Shown here in pieces: positions 26,986-41,949 of a DNA stretch of 64,000 bases (the stretch's first letter is position 1; each line of letters begins with the position of its first letter). Source of the stretch: Octopus vulgaris (taxonomy: Eukaryota); assembly GCA_951406725.2 (NCBI GenBank), contig OX597828.1:50468001-50532000 (forward strand), given 5' to 3'. A model generated the notes under the pieces. It ran no database searches. It saw only the letters and a list, made by a program, of their open reading frames with translations, and was not told where the DNA came from. A program made the position numbers and the translations under genes.

Positions 26986-28059
26986 TCATTTCTCAACATT
27001 ACGTTATCTGAATTAGCTATATCCTCCATAAAATTAAGCACCAGTCAACTAATAAAGCTGATGTAATCAGAGGTTGCCTCCTGCCATATTTGAGGTCTTA
27101 TGTCTATTTAAGAAATCAATATTTTAAAGAAAAGGAAAATTCTTGTCTTATCTTAGATTCTCAACTTCCCAGCGAGTTCTACCCGTGTGACATACTGTAC
27201 CCCAGTTTTATTTATCTGTTGTTGTGTGCCAGTGTTCGGACCGACAGTGATTTTCTTATACAATACCTGATGTCATCGGCCCATCTTTTCCTCAGTCCGA
27301 CTCTCATTATTTTCCATCAACTATTCCTTGAAGAAAGGTTTTCCCAAGACCGTCGTAACTTGTTTTAGGGTTATACTATCACTAGTTTCTTTTTCTCTTT
27401 TTTTGTTGTTGTTGAGAATACCCCCATAAAGGCCGGAGCTGAATGATTAGACGAAACCGCTATTTCTTCATGTGGTCCAATTACGAAATACTCAAGACGT
27501 TTTGAATCTTGCTTTGAATATTTACAGCCGCCAGAAACATGGAAAATAGTCATTATAATTAGAAATTAATTAATTGCTATCCAGATATTTTGATATATTT
27601 TTAAACACCTGCGACATCCGTATAGAATATTTTATGTCTATTCTTCTAATTATTATTTTTCGAAACTTGAAGAATTTCTCTAAGTGTAATTGAATGACTC
27701 TGACGGAACTTAAATGACTTGCTTCTTTTTTACATATCATTAATGCTCTGGATATTATTTAATACCACGTAATTATATACATACAAACCATATTTCAGTA
27801 TAATTTGCCTTATCCCCGTTCGATAATATTCGCTGCACTAAAATTAAAACTAATCTGCGTTAATTAGTTTACAAAAATGTGTAAAAATTATTATGTAATT
27901 TTCTTATCTCCCTCGAAATAACAGCTTTAAATATATTTCAGAAATTAATTTTTTTGATGCTTTCATTACAAGAAGACACACATACGTACGTGTGTGTATA
28001 TATTTTCCATTCTTTTATTATGAAAACGCATAGACATCCTAAATGCACACATACACACA

Positions 28060-28170
28060 TATACACACGCAAACAGACACAGATATACACACGCAAACAG
28101 ACACACATATACACACGCAAAAAGACAAACACACATATACACACGCAAACAGACACATACACACGCACAC
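28060..28170. repeat. 24-bp minisatellite (cacatatacacacgcaaacagaca)
   Basis: About 4 tandem units. Confidence 0.8.
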
Positions 28171-28184
28171 ACACACATGCATAG

Positions 28185-28355
28185 TCGCAGGCATGGCTGT
28201 ATGGTAGGAAGCTTGGTTCTTCTCAACCACATAGTTCTAGGTTCAGTTCGACTGCGTGGCACCTTGGGCAAGTACCTCCTACCATAGCTTCTGACTGACG
28301 ACTAAAACCTTGTGAACAGATTTGGTACACGGAAACTGATAAAAAAAACCTGTTG
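28185..28355 (+). mobile_element. SINE A 5' half, diverged
   Basis: ctgcgtggcaccttgggcaag motif. Confidence 0.75.
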
Positions 28356-28415
<60 letters not shown>

Positions 28416-28489
28416 CACACACACACACTCACATGCTTTCTTTTCTCCATTTCTTCTCCCTCAACGGCCAGTTTCCCCTAAGTGTAGCA

Positions 28490-28523
<34 letters not shown>

Positions 28524-28524
28524 C

Positions 28525-28856
<332 letters not shown>

Positions 28857-29223
28857 GCATTTAGTGAAAAGCCGCTTGTATGAGAGTACAACAGATGGAC
28901 CCTGGATTAGTGACGAGATGGTCTAACCTCTTAAAGTCCTCTTTCTAATCAGGGTGAAATCATTCTGCAGACGAGATTTGGCTGTAAAGTATTGTGACGG
29001 TAGGACATGTAATAAATTGACAAAAACAAAATGTACAAACACATATATTACTTCATGGCATAACCATACGTAACAATGGCGAATCAAAGAATATATTCTT
29101 TAAAAGTGCTTTATACACACGCACACACATACAATTCTAATAAACACAAATTACATAAATTGATATTTTAAGCACGATTAAATATAAACGTCTGAATACA
29201 CTACATATATACGAATGTATATA

Positions 29224-29340
29224 CAGGGTGGGTCATAATGATGCGACACATTTTAAATGCTTGCTTCATGGATTATAAGAATAACTTAGTGTACCAAATA
29301 TATTCATTACATAACTGCCCAGTCATTATGGCCCACTTTG
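29224..29340. mobile_element. small Tc1/mariner-type MITE
   Basis: TIRs cagggtgggtcataatga / tcattatggcccactttg with TA flanks. Confidence 0.7.
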
Positions 29341-30079
29341 TATGCATTTGTTTGGGGCAAATGACTCCGAATCGACTCCGAATCAACTCCTAAAAGCTCT
29401 TATGCTGTTTTGTTTCGGCTACAGCTTGTTATTCCGATTTTCCAGGGCAATCCTATGGGATGGTTATATATGCGGTACTCCTTATATGTTAGGATAAATA
29501 TAGCGAAATAACGAAAATGATTTGTGGAAGATAATTTATATACTTTATTAATGCCTTGCAACATATGTTTCTGCATAGCACGTGTACATTGGCGACTATG
29601 TCCTCACATCCCTAGGATATTACTAAATATTATTTATATCTATAATATATATAATATATATCCTATGGATATATATTATATATATTATAAATTCAAATTA
29701 CGATGAACGTAAACAAACAAACGAAGTTTGCTTTAGAAGCGTGGTGATGTCTTAAAGAGCTAAGGAAGTGATTTTAAATTCTCAAACGCAGGATAATGCT
29801 AATAATATAGCCTGAACAGGATATACATTATAGCAAATGTAAATATGCTAGGCAGAAGTATAGGGGCAAGCTAGCAATAAAGTATAAACATTTCTATCAG
29901 CAATTCATTTTCGTTATCACTATATATATATATATATATACACACATTTCCATGCAAGCATACACACATATATATATATATATACACACATTTCTGTGCA
30001 AGCATACACACATGCACGCACACACGCAGGAACATCATTATATACACATATATCTTAGGTCCTGGTAGTGTTTAAAGAT

Positions 30080-30390
30080 ACTCTTTACTCTTTTTACTTG
30101 ATTCAGTCATTTGACTGCGGCCATGCTGGAGCACCGCCTTTAGTCGAGAAAATCTACCCCAGGACTTATTCTTTGTAAGGCTAGTACTTATTTTATCGTT
30201 CTTTTTTGCCGAAACGTTACGTTACGGGAGCGTAAACACACCAGCATCGGTTGTCAAGCGATATTGTGGTGGACAAACACAGACACACAAACACACACAC
30301 ACACACATATATACATATATATACAACAGGCTTCTTTCAGCTTCCGTCTACCAAATTCACTTACAAGGCTTTGGTCGGCCCGAGGCTATT
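30080..30390 (-). mobile_element. SINE family A, 5' truncated
   Basis: Reverse complement of family A. Confidence 0.85.
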
Positions 30391-30524
30391 GTATAAATTT
30401 TCACTTCCAATTTTGTATAAACTGGTGTTGCAAGCAGAATTGTTACAGGAACAATTGTACCGAATCGTTAAAGAATTTCTTTATCTCATAATTTGGATTA
30501 TATATATAAATAATATGATAGATC

Positions 30525-30744
30525 GGTAGCCACTATAACATTTTCTCTCCTTATTTCTCTCCTTTTTTCTCTCTTTTTGTTCTCTCCTTTTTTTCTCTCC
30601 TTGTTTTTTTCTGTGTCCCGTTCTGTAGAAGAGCGAAGGCTCAAAACGTAAAAGACCTTTTCAATTTCTGAGCGCAATACTAATACATCTGTTTGTTTTC
30701 TACACCACCTGTTTTCGTCTTTTGTTTTTTTCGTGAATTCTCCC
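30525..30744 (+). mobile_element. pLTR-like element (family of 17493) with a degenerate hammerhead
   Basis: CTGTAGA-a-gagc-gaag-gctc-AAAA-cgta (G12 lost); 3' end abuts (TA)n. Confidence 0.65.
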
Positions 30745-30770
30745 TATATATATATATATATATATATACA

Positions 30771-30840
<70 letters not shown>

Positions 30841-30844
<4 letters not shown>

Positions 30845-31052
30845 TAATCCAAACAAGAAAACAAGAACAAAAAAAAACAACAACGCAAGGACGTGGAATA
30901 AATAAAGTATTATTGGACGCTCAGGAAAGAAGGGAAGAAGGAGGGTTTGACGTTTCGAGCGGAGCTCTTCGTCGGAAACATAGGAAAAGGAAAGATCCAG
31001 AGAAGGGAAGACAGGGGAAAGAAATCGCTAGTGGTGCAGATGAGGTCACATA
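30841..31052 (-). mobile_element. pLTR-like element with a hammerhead at 30945-30979 (U4C variant)
   Basis: gttt-CCGACGA-a-gagc-tcc-gctc-GAAA-cg-TC-aaac; second copy at 63450. Confidence 0.72.
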
Positions 31053-31062
31053 CTAAAAAAGC

Positions 31063-31110
<48 letters not shown>

Positions 31111-31596
31111 ATTTGCCAGAATGATGACGCTGGTTACACAAAGCATCTGCAGTATTTTAGAGACGAATATTCTACTTTATGGGAGATAGTAGCAGTAATG
31201 TTTGATGTTCCAAATGCTTTCAGTAGCATATGGTACTGACATCTTCATTTCACCTCATTGATATCCAATACATCTTAACTCCTTGTATTAGCTGTAACTC
31301 AATGGAATTACTTAGCTGAACCTTGAGTGATTTGCTAACAATTCTGACTTAATCTGCCTTTCCGAGATTGATTATTAAAATGTTAATTAGCCAAGATAAG
31401 AAGAGAATCACTTCTAATTTCGGCACTCATTACGCCGCTCTTTGATAATGTGAAATGTTTACGCACAAGCACATATGTTTGGTTTCAATTTAATTAGCAA
31501 ACCTTTATAATAAACATCAGATTTTTAACCTCCATTAACATTGCATCTCAGTTACTCCGGACGCATATATGACGCTTGCTTACAAATGACTGACGT

Positions 31597-31890
31597 TATT
31601 TCGTCTGCCGCTATGTTCTGAGTTCAAATTCCGCCGAGGTCGACTTTGACTTTAATCATTTCGGGGTCGATTAAATAAGTACCATTTACGCACTGGGGTC
31701 GATGTAATCGACTTAATCCGTTTGTCTGTCCTTGTTTGTCCTGTCTGTGTTTAACCCCTTGTGGGTAGTAAAGAAATAGGTATTTTGTATGTTGCGTTCC
31801 GATTTCAAATTACGCCAGGGTCAACTTTGCCTTTCATCTTTTCGGAGTCGATAAATTGAGTATTGGTTGGACACTGGGATAGACTTGACT
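31597..31890 (+). mobile_element. SINE B dimer (young unit plus old unit)
   Basis: Units joined at aaagaaata|ggtattt. Confidence 0.8.
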
Positions 31891-33023
31891 TAGCACCAAG
31901 AATTTTGTCCAGTGTGCTAACGATTCTACCACCTCGCCGACCTATGATACTGGAATATTAGCTAATATTGTAACCGCTTCATTAACTGAAGAGTAACGTT
32001 TCTGAAGGCAGGGGGAATAATCACAACAATCTAATTTTCATTCCAGTAAATTAAAAAAAAATTTCCCAATGGTCAATGTTTTATCGGTAGACAGATAATT
32101 CAAAATATACTGCAATCTGTTTCGGGTTGGTGACAGTGATTTTCAAACTGACAAAAAAGCAAAGATTAACTGTATTTTTTCTTCCTTTCCATTTTCATTA
32201 ATGAGGTAACAGTATATTATAAATTCGTAAGATAATTCTTTCTTCAACATGATGTTGCACTTGTGTTTAAAAACCAAACTTAATTCTTTTAAACGTAGCA
32301 GATTATCGGTACCTTTTTTGTATACTTACAAGGATCTTATAAGCGACACCGATCTACGCTACGGGTTTTCGTTTGATGTCCTCGTAAACTTTAGGCAGGC
32401 ATTACCATATTGAAGATAAAACCCGTTTTTGCCTAGCCGTCTGGGTTCTAGTTCTAATGAAACTAACTGGAAATTCTGCTAACGAAATATCCTTTGAGAA
32501 TATCAGATATAAATTAATATTCTTAAATGCAAAATCTTACATTTATAGTACTTTCTACTGCCTCCCCTTAATCCTGTCTTTTACATTTTAAAATAGCTTA
32601 ATACACCATCATGGAAGACCTTCGTGAAACAGAAAATTTCTCATACCATTACAAAAGTTATTCCTGTTCCCACTCACAAAATTCTTAGTTATTCATAAAC
32701 AAATGTTATATGAAAACATTGGATGATTGCCACATATTCCATACAGCTATTTTCAATGAGTCAGCAGATTGTTTAGAAGTTGCATAGCTTCACAAGATTT
32801 GGTGACGATTGCCAAACCAATCCACTTGAAAATTTAATAGTCTTTCATTTTTACCGATTAAGGCGGATTGATGCCGTCTTTTCATATTTATTTTCTTCAT
32901 TCTTCAGACATCTTATCCAAAGGTAGATATTTTTTCCAATGAAATCTATTTTAATAGCGAGCATATTCACGAAGCCATTGGAATATATTAATAGAAATGA
33001 TATTATTGTATATGCTTACTGAT

Positions 33024-33073
<50 letters not shown>

Positions 33074-33306
33074 TTGTGTGTATGTATGTATGTATACATA
33101 TATATATACACACACATATATATATGAATATATATATACACACACATATATATATATACATATATAAATATATATGTACACTTAATACATATATCCTCAA
33201 AGATATATATATGTATACCTCTTTATATATATATACATTTATATATCTTTGCGTATATACATCTTTTTATATGCATCTTTGTACGTATAAATACATATAT
33301 ATTCAT

Positions 33307-33337
<31 letters not shown>

Positions 33338-36300
33338 CATATACATATACATACGTGTATGTGTGTCCATTCTGTTACACATATTCAAAGAGATATCTAC
33401 ATAAACATCTACACACACACACTTTACGAAATACATTTGTATGAGCACATTAAATGTATTTTCTACTGTTATTTTAACCGTTTTTAGTGTAAATTGTCAG
33501 AATTTAAAACTTTTTCATTATTTTACTTTTACTTTCGCTTTCAAAATATGATTGTCATTTGATTTGATATCAAGTAACTGACAGAATATATCTTCTCTGT
33601 TGATTTTGTTTCCTTCTTTGGTTAAATTAAATAAATAACGGCAGAGATTTTTGAGAGTCAATGCAATACGGCTTTTAAGTTTGATTTCTCTGTTCTCAGC
33701 TGAAATTTTAACGTGGATTCTATTACACATTCCCTTTATACGATCGATGAAATATTTAAAATAGTGTGCTCTTGTTATTTTTATTACCTCCACGCCATCC
33801 TTAATCAAATAGAATTTTAAACAACGTGGTTCCAGAAATGACCAGCCCGTCTTATTTTCTGATACATTATTTGAAGTACTACAATATCCGATGAGTTACC
33901 TTTCATTTTTAAGGAAGCAGGATTTGATATAATGGAAAATTGGCTGTAAATTCTTCCAGATCGAGCACACATAGAGCAAGCCTTGTTGGTTCGACAATAA
34001 ACAACTCCACCACCATATTTCAATCTAACATTAATGTAATTAATTTTGACTGTATTTCAATTACACAAATAATTGTATAATAATTATAATTTCATATTTT
34101 TAAGTGTGATTTAACCACCAATATATTTAGTCGATCTTATCGGCTCTTAATAGTTGAAAATGAATGGGAGCCCGAAATGAAATTTTATTTGAGAGTATAA
34201 AAGGATGTACTGATAAATAGTCAATTAATTCTTGGATAATTATCATAATTAAGTTAGACTGCAATACTTTTATAATTTCTATTACTAAAAATGTGTATTT
34301 ATCTTATCACACATTTTAATAAATATTGCAATTAATATTAAGCGATTTCGATCGTGTGTTATGAGACCTTACCCATGTAGCCTGTCCTTAGCTTCATAAA
34401 AGTGACCATTCACCATTCCTATTGTACGAAATTAAATTACGCATAGAACTTTCCAAAATCTATAGCTATTGGCAACTTGTCATTTTCGTTATGGAAATCT
34501 CTGTATATCATTGCAAATGCATCGATTACAACCGAATGATGGACACATTTCTTATATTGTTCAATGAATATTGTTCGATAGCTTACGCTAGTGATATTTC
34601 TGAACTTCACTTTCACTTATGCACGACAATATAATTTCACTCAGTTTCCTAACGTAAATTTCTAAAATACTATCGACATATCTGTCACACAATATTATAC
34701 ACAGAATGTGCAGTGTAAGCTTCACAATATATAAGCTAAAATTATGTATGCTTAATATATGCTTCAAACACTAGTACAGACATACATACGCAGATACATA
34801 CATATATACCTACTACATGCATACATACACATATATTATGTTATATTTTAGGGTTTTTATTTAACGAATACCCTTATAAAATGATATCTAGCATTTGTAA
34901 ATCACAATGTAATTGATCACTCAACCGCATTAGTATCATGTGAGTTGTCTCCTCTTATTCTACCCATGCGCCGTGTCATGTGTGTTTGAACGAAAACAAC
35001 TTACAGCTTTTTTTAGGCGTCTTTTCCTTTGTGTGAAACATACATATCGTATGTAAACTACAAGATAGATTTCTAACAATGTAAGGCTAGCGACTATCTA
35101 GTAATAGAGCTGAGGTTTCGAAAATCTGGGTTAGTGTGAAGCATACTGTAAAACCACTAGAAGTGAGTGACCCCTTAGCTTTTGTTAAAAGTATGTCTCT
35201 AGAAGTATGGCATTACTGTGTTCACAGCTATGCCAGCAATATAATTGGACGGACGGTCGGATCTCGGTAGTATTTGGAAGCAGTTAGAGAAAGACATCTG
35301 GTATAAATCTTCAATGTTGTGGGTGTTTGTAAACAAGTAAAGGAGAAGGGAGTCAAACCCGACAGTAAATCAAATCAATTTAGGCCCCCGTCTATCCTAA
35401 TCATCCTGAGAAAGCATGAAGATACAACGAATGGATAAAACAATGAATGGTGGTGGCCCTGAACCCTCGAGAAGCTTGCCGTTCGATGAGCTACACCAGC
35501 AGATCAAGATCACAGTATGTGACGAGTCATGGGGCTCAGAACCTTTGCTATAAGGATCCGAATATTCATTTTATTACATATTTTATTGATCCTAAATAAA
35601 AACAAAACAACCATTGACTAAGGTGGGCTGTATCCTTATCTGTATGATATATTAACTCAGAAACAGTCATATATTTAATATGTATCTTTCATACTTCAGG
35701 CATCTGACATTTTCACGTCAGTCTAATCAGTTGTGATAACTTTTCCAACACCGAAATAAAAAGTAATAAATAGAAAAAAAAAACATTATTTTTCTATTAT
35801 CTAAATTGGATAAGTTTTCATTCCTTCATCAATAATTTTTATTAATTATGCGTTTAGCATTCTTTGAAATTATTGGCGTCTGTAAAAGCATTTATTTTGT
35901 TATGTATAATTACAGTTGTTTAATTAGGAATGTTTTAAATGTGACATGTCTTAAAATATTTCAATTCTATTGGCGGAAAGACAGAGTCTCATATCAAAGG
36001 ATAATTTAACTGTTTTTCTTCTCGTTTGTTGCACCTCAAAGTCAATTGAAGTGTATTGCATTACATACACAATCGTCCTGATATACTCGTTGTTAGTCAA
36101 AGTTACTCCATCTTAAATTATACGATAATTTATTTCTGTGTAGTGTGTGGATTACATTTTAACGTTGAAAGTACTTGTCATTACGAATCATACTCGCGAT
36201 TCATTTCACTCGAATTCTAAAAAACTACAGAAGATGGTTGATACCAACAATTTGTGAATAGTTTCAAGCATTTTTACACAGCCAATGTGAGCTGTGGTAA

Positions 36301-37583
36301 AACTACGGCATCAACGTTAATTTCTGAAAGATATTTTAAAAACTATTTTTGCTTCAAGAATTAATTTCATATTTTCCTTACTGTTACTTCCATTATTTTT
36401 TTCTATTTTTCATTTGGCCAGTGTCTATATTCTTACAAAATATAGAGCCATCTACCAATCTATCAACAGAAGATGATGCATGGGCCATATTTTTTTCCAT
36501 GCTTCTGAATAGTCTCAGGCTCACGAAAGATCGCCGGCACAATGGTACCGGAATGGTTGAGATAATAACCTTTATGTGCTTCGGAATTTTACCTAAAAAT
36601 GACATGTGTATAATGTAGATATTTATAATAAAATTTACATATATAAACATGGATAATGAAATTACATAAATTAAACTCAATTTACATCTTCCTTAATATT
36701 TTTGTCTCATAAAGAACACAAGTAAGTATAAAGAGGGATTCTTTTCAATTATCTCATAAAAGTTATACGCATTATTTTTGTTTCATTGCAAACCATCATT
36801 TCCTAATGTTTATATTCCCAAGATATACAGCAACTTTTAAGCTGGACATTTATTGATGATATTCGCAAAGGGTAATAGAAATACAAATGCATCGATTATA
36901 TTATGTGTCTCTTGACGACCACTGTAGATGTGTTGAGATATAAACCCATCGTGTAATTGCTGAATATAAATGACCTATAATCTACAAATATATGCCTGTG
37001 TAACATGCTAACTGAAAGACAGGAATAATTCCCATTAATAAAAGAATTAATGCTGAATTTTGTATCGTAAAATAAGCAGAGGAGTAGATTTATCACATAT
37101 TTCGCTTTAAGCATTGACACAAGATTTGAAAATATTATCGTTCTAAAAATGATTCTATGATTTATTTTATTAACATCATCCAAAACTTAGAAATATCACT
37201 GGCACGAAAATATCCTTTTCCTTTCACTAAACTAGATTTATAGCTAACAATTTTGTTTTATGAACCTTGCTTTCCCGACTTCAAAACCAATAACGCAAGA
37301 ATCTTTGCAAATAACGGATTTGGTTGAATCAGCCATACGCTTTATTCCAAATTTAGCGTAAACCGACCAAATTTAGAAGTAATATTACGAACTAATATTG
37401 ATTGATTTGACTTGAGGTATACACCCAAGACTTTGTAATCTTATCATAACCAATAGCATAATATATTTTGAAAGACCTAAATACATTCACCAGTTATAGG
37501 AGATTTAAGAGAATTCTCTGTAAGAAACATACTTAGAAATGTCTTTTAATCCTCAATTTGGTTGCACACAGAAACATTATATA

Positions 37584-37644
<61 letters not shown>

Positions 37645-37961
37645 ATCTCCCCACCTCTCTCTCTCTATCTATCTATCTATCGATACATCCATCTATCTAT
37701 CTGCGTATATCTAAATACACACCCACACAATATGTAATATGTGTGTGTGTTAATTCTATATTATGTATTGCGTAAACTCATGATGAGAACTTCTATGACG
37801 AAAGTGTGCAAAGAAACTTCTGGGCTTTCTGTAAGACAAATCTTCGATGGCTTTATACAGGTTGTCATGTGGTATTAAAATTAAATCAGTAACCAATGAA
37901 ATAATCGACGCTTGCATTACGTATTGCATTTAATGACAAGTAATTGTTTTTTCTTTTTACA

Positions 37962-38207
37962 TACTCTTTTTCTTTTACTCTTTTACTTGTTTCAGTCATT
38001 TCACTGCGGCCATGCTGGAGTACCGCCTTTAGTCGAGCACATCGACACCTGGGCTTATTCTTTGTAAGCCTAGTACTTATTCTATCGGTCTTTTTTTGTC
38101 GAACCGCTAAGTTACGGGGACGCAAACACACCAGCATCGGTTGTCAAGCGATGTTGGGGGGGGGGACAAAAACAGACACACAAACATATACACACATACA
38201 TACATAG

Positions 38208-38258
<51 letters not shown>

Positions 38259-38410
38259 CGACGGGCTCCTTTCAGTTTCCGTCTACCAAATCCACTCAAG
38301 GCTTTGGTCGGGCCGAGGCTATAGTAGAAGACACTTGCCCAAGGTGCCAAGCAGTGGGACTGAACCCGGAGCCATGTAGTTCGTAAGTAAGCTACTTACC
38401 ACACAGCCAC
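37962..38410 (-). mobile_element. SINE family A
   Basis: Reverse complement of family A. Confidence 0.9.
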
Positions 38411-38544
38411 ATTTATTTCAAATATATTGTATATTTTTATTTATATATTTGAGTTACTGCATCGTATTACTGTGTTTAATATCACTATAGTGATACGTAT
38501 GCGTATGATATTATTCTATATGATACTACTGCTTATTATTGGGT

Positions 38545-38787
38545 ATCTTTTATCTGTTTTACTTTTACTTGTTTCTGTTAATGAGACTGCGACAGTGCTG
38601 GGGCATCACCCTGAAAATTTTTAATCAAAGGAATCGACCAAAGTACTTACCTGTTTTGAAGTCTGGTACTTATTCTATCGGACTCTTCTGTCGAACCGCT
38701 GTTACGGGAACATGAGCAGAAAACCCTTTGTTAAGCGGTAGTGGGGCCAAACACAAACACAAAGACACCAAAAAACAGACACACACA

Positions 38788-38852
<65 letters not shown>

Positions 38853-38945
38853 CTCCCACATGGGTTACACTGAGGCATTTCTTTGGTCAATCCGAACGTT
38901 GGGATCTAGCACGGAATCATTTGCTAGCAAAACGAATATTTAACA
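38545..38945 (-). mobile_element. SINE family A, degenerate
   Basis: Diverged family A motifs with (CA)n. Confidence 0.65.
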
Positions 38946-40124
38946 AATACCATTCTTGTGACAATGCTATTTACGCCCTTGAGTTCTCGCCGAGAGTTTT
39001 TCTTGTATTTGAATCCAGTTCGCTTAGTAATGATCTTGTTGTCCAGTTCAGGAATTTATTTCATGGGTTTTGTATTAACAGGGGAAATTACTTTGATAAT
39101 CTCCGTTAATTCAACTCTCATTTTGTTATAAAATCAACTGTCTATGTCCTGTCAAAAACTTTTTACTTTTATTCTTACCTGAAATACGGAAATTAATTCT
39201 TACAGATTCTTTAAAATATATACCAGTAATGTATTGAGGTCAGTTTAATTCTCTATACTTAGTCTTCTGATATAAATTACCAAGTTTGAACATTAGTCAA
39301 AGTGTTGTAGAAAATTTTGATTTCAGACATCAGTAAACTATAAAGTTTTGCTTAGTTTTATCTCTTTTTATGCTAATTGTCTGTTTTACCAAACATTATA
39401 TCAAACAATACATTAATAAATGTGAGTGGTCTTCTCTTCACTATAATCCTCTAAACTATAACTTCATTAAAAGACTGTACTTCATATATATTATTTATTC
39501 ACATTTCCAGATATCCAAGATGGAAGCTGCAGCCGCTACATTCTGAAAATCAATTTCTATGTAATAGTTTTGTACTCTTTGACATTCATTGCAAAAACAT
39601 TTCAGAATCTATTCAATGCCAAAATTCTGCAAAACTTTCGTAATCAGCTTACCTATTCCTAAACCTTATTAGTTCGGTATCTTCTCGAATTTTAATTTGA
39701 AATTACACAACCAAGTTTTCAATCAACTGATGACACTGTCACTTGTTATCTATCTAAAGCCACTTTCTTTAACAAATTCTTTCCATTATTCCTGCATCAG
39801 ATTTTCTCTTTCTAATCCCATCGGTTAAGTGGATTAAGTGCCAATACTACGTTAACATGTTTTCTTAAAAGACATTGGGCCTATAGACTAGGAAGAATGA
39901 GATTATATGGAGTTATGACTTTCCTAAAGAAAATTGCGACGTTAATATAATTCGTATCAGAAGTCCTAAATGCGCCAGACAGGATTATAATCCATGAAGT
40001 GGACATTGCTGTATTACTGATACTATTTTATTTGTTCACAATAGATGAGGGCCAATGGTAGTCCAAGCAAGACGTTAAAACCGCAACATCCACAATTTTT
40101 TATTGCTTAATACTTGCTTAGACT

Positions 40125-40320
40125 AAGGCAGCGAACAGGGAACATCGTTAGCACGCTGGTCAAAATTCTGTGCGGCATTTCGTTCGTCTTTACGTTATGA
40201 GTTCAAATTCTGCTGAGGTCGATTTTACCTTTCATCCTTTCGGGTCAATAAACAAAGCACTAGTTGAGCCCTATTTGAGTACTGAAATTGCTGGCTTGCT
40301 CCAAAATTTGAGTTCAGTAT
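40125..40320 (+). mobile_element. SINE family B, old-type copy
   Basis: Family B head and core. Confidence 0.75.
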
Positions 40321-40389
40321 TTTCTTAGCTTCAAGTTTGTAATGACTCACGTAATTAAAAAAATGACTGAACAGCTGAACAAAGTAAGT

Positions 40390-40772
40390 GGTTGTATTGT
40401 AAGTAGCTTGCTTACCAACCACATGGTTCTGGGTTCAGTCCCACTGCGTCGCACCTTGGGCAAGTGTCTTCTACTATAGCCTCGGGCTGACCAAAGTCTT
40501 GTGAGGAGATTTGGTAGACGGAAACTGAAAGAAGCCCGTCGTATATATATATATGTGTATATATATGTACGTGTGTGCATATGTTTGTGTGTCTGTGTTT
40601 GTCCCCCCAACATCGCTTGACAACCGATGCTGGTGTGATTGCGTCTCCGTAACTTAGCGGTTCGGCGAAAGAGGCCGATAGAATACGTACGAGATTTGCT
40701 CGACTAAAGGCGGTACTCCAGCATGGCCGCAGTCAAATGACTGAAATTAGTAAAAAGAGTAAAATAGTAAAG
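40390..40772 (+). mobile_element. SINE family A
   Basis: Family A match. Confidence 0.88.
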
Positions 40773-40869
40773 AAAGAGACATTGAAGAGTTACAATGCCA
40801 ATGTTCATTAAAATGCATTTCGTTTTCATAATTAAAAAAAATATATAGACAAACTACGAATGTTTTTAA

Positions 40870-41070
40870 ACGTCCGCTTTCAAACGGATGACCGTTCTGG
40901 TCCAGGCACTGCTGATAACGTAAAGAAACGGAACTCCAAACAACAAGAAACATTTCATTCGGTATTTGTTCACATTCTTGTTCAATAACTGCCCTCAATT
41001 CGCCAGTTGCAAGGATTTTAAAGAAGTCCTAGATATTCGTCGTATCTGGACATAGGACGAGTGGCCATGG
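40870..41070 (-). pseudogene. Tc1/mariner-superfamily transposase C-terminal remnant
   Basis: Degenerate WP..PD...DFF motif followed by LRAVIEQECEQIPNEMF...RYQQCLDQNGHPFE. Confidence 0.65.
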
Positions 41071-41124
41071 CTAGAATATCTTTGATCATAAGTCACATTA
41101 ATCATTAACCTGACGCTAAACAAA

Positions 41125-41325
41125 TATTGATCTCATATTTTGGAAGAATTTCAGAGGAAAGAGTAAGTCAATAAAATCGACCCCAGTACTTAACTGGTAC
41201 TTATTTTATCAACCCGGAAAGGACGAAAGGCAAAGTTGACTCCGGCGGGATTTGAACTCAATACGATGACGGACGAAATGTTGCTCATTATTTTTCCTGG
41301 CGTGCTAACGATTTTGCCAAATCAC
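41125..41325 (-). mobile_element. SINE family B, old-type copy
   Basis: Family B head and core. Confidence 0.75.
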
Positions 41326-41949
41326 TGTCTTAGGCCAACCAAATATTTAGGAGTAAATAATTGTGACCATAAACTTTATTTTTTAAGTATCCCTATAAAA
41401 AAATTTCTAGGTGTATGAGGTACAGCGAACGTGGAAGATATTCTACTGAACCTATTCGTACAATCCACCTGTGTAGCGAAATTTCTTACGTTAGGCCCTT
41501 ACATTACTATGGTAGTGTGGTAGGTGCCCCATCTTGCTGGAAATACACCTGCATATCTTTAAAGTCTTTTTCAATGTAGGGAATGACTGATTGACGTGGA
41601 AAGTAAATGAAACCAGTCACAGCACCGTTAAAAAATGGCCCAATTAATTCTGTTTATGATAAGCTGCATCATACTGTACCTCAAATAGCTAAGCTCCCTT
41701 GTTACTGAAAGAAGTCTTGTTTATTGTTAATTACTTTTGACTGTGACTTTAAAGTTTTTGTAGTAGCTGTCATTGTTATGGGTTCACAATCGGCAAATAT
41801 TTTCATCTTCTAACATTACAAAAGCCAACTATATACTTTATAAAAACACCGCTATATAATGTGCATGTTATCTGTTGTATGCTGAAAATACAAAACAAAA
41901 TAGACGGGTTTCTGTCATAATGGACTTCCTCATAATACTATAGTTTAGA

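Noticed and set aside
33817-34023. Minus-strand ORF with GGGVVYCRTNKAC, resembling RecQ helicase motif IV
   Set aside because: No following YHAG or other helicase motifs and no clear splice sites; probably chance
36100-37400. AT-rich, apparently non-repetitive region with 90-95 aa ORFs (also 39000-40000)
   Set aside because: No recognisable domain; may be very old transposon remnants but cannot be assigned
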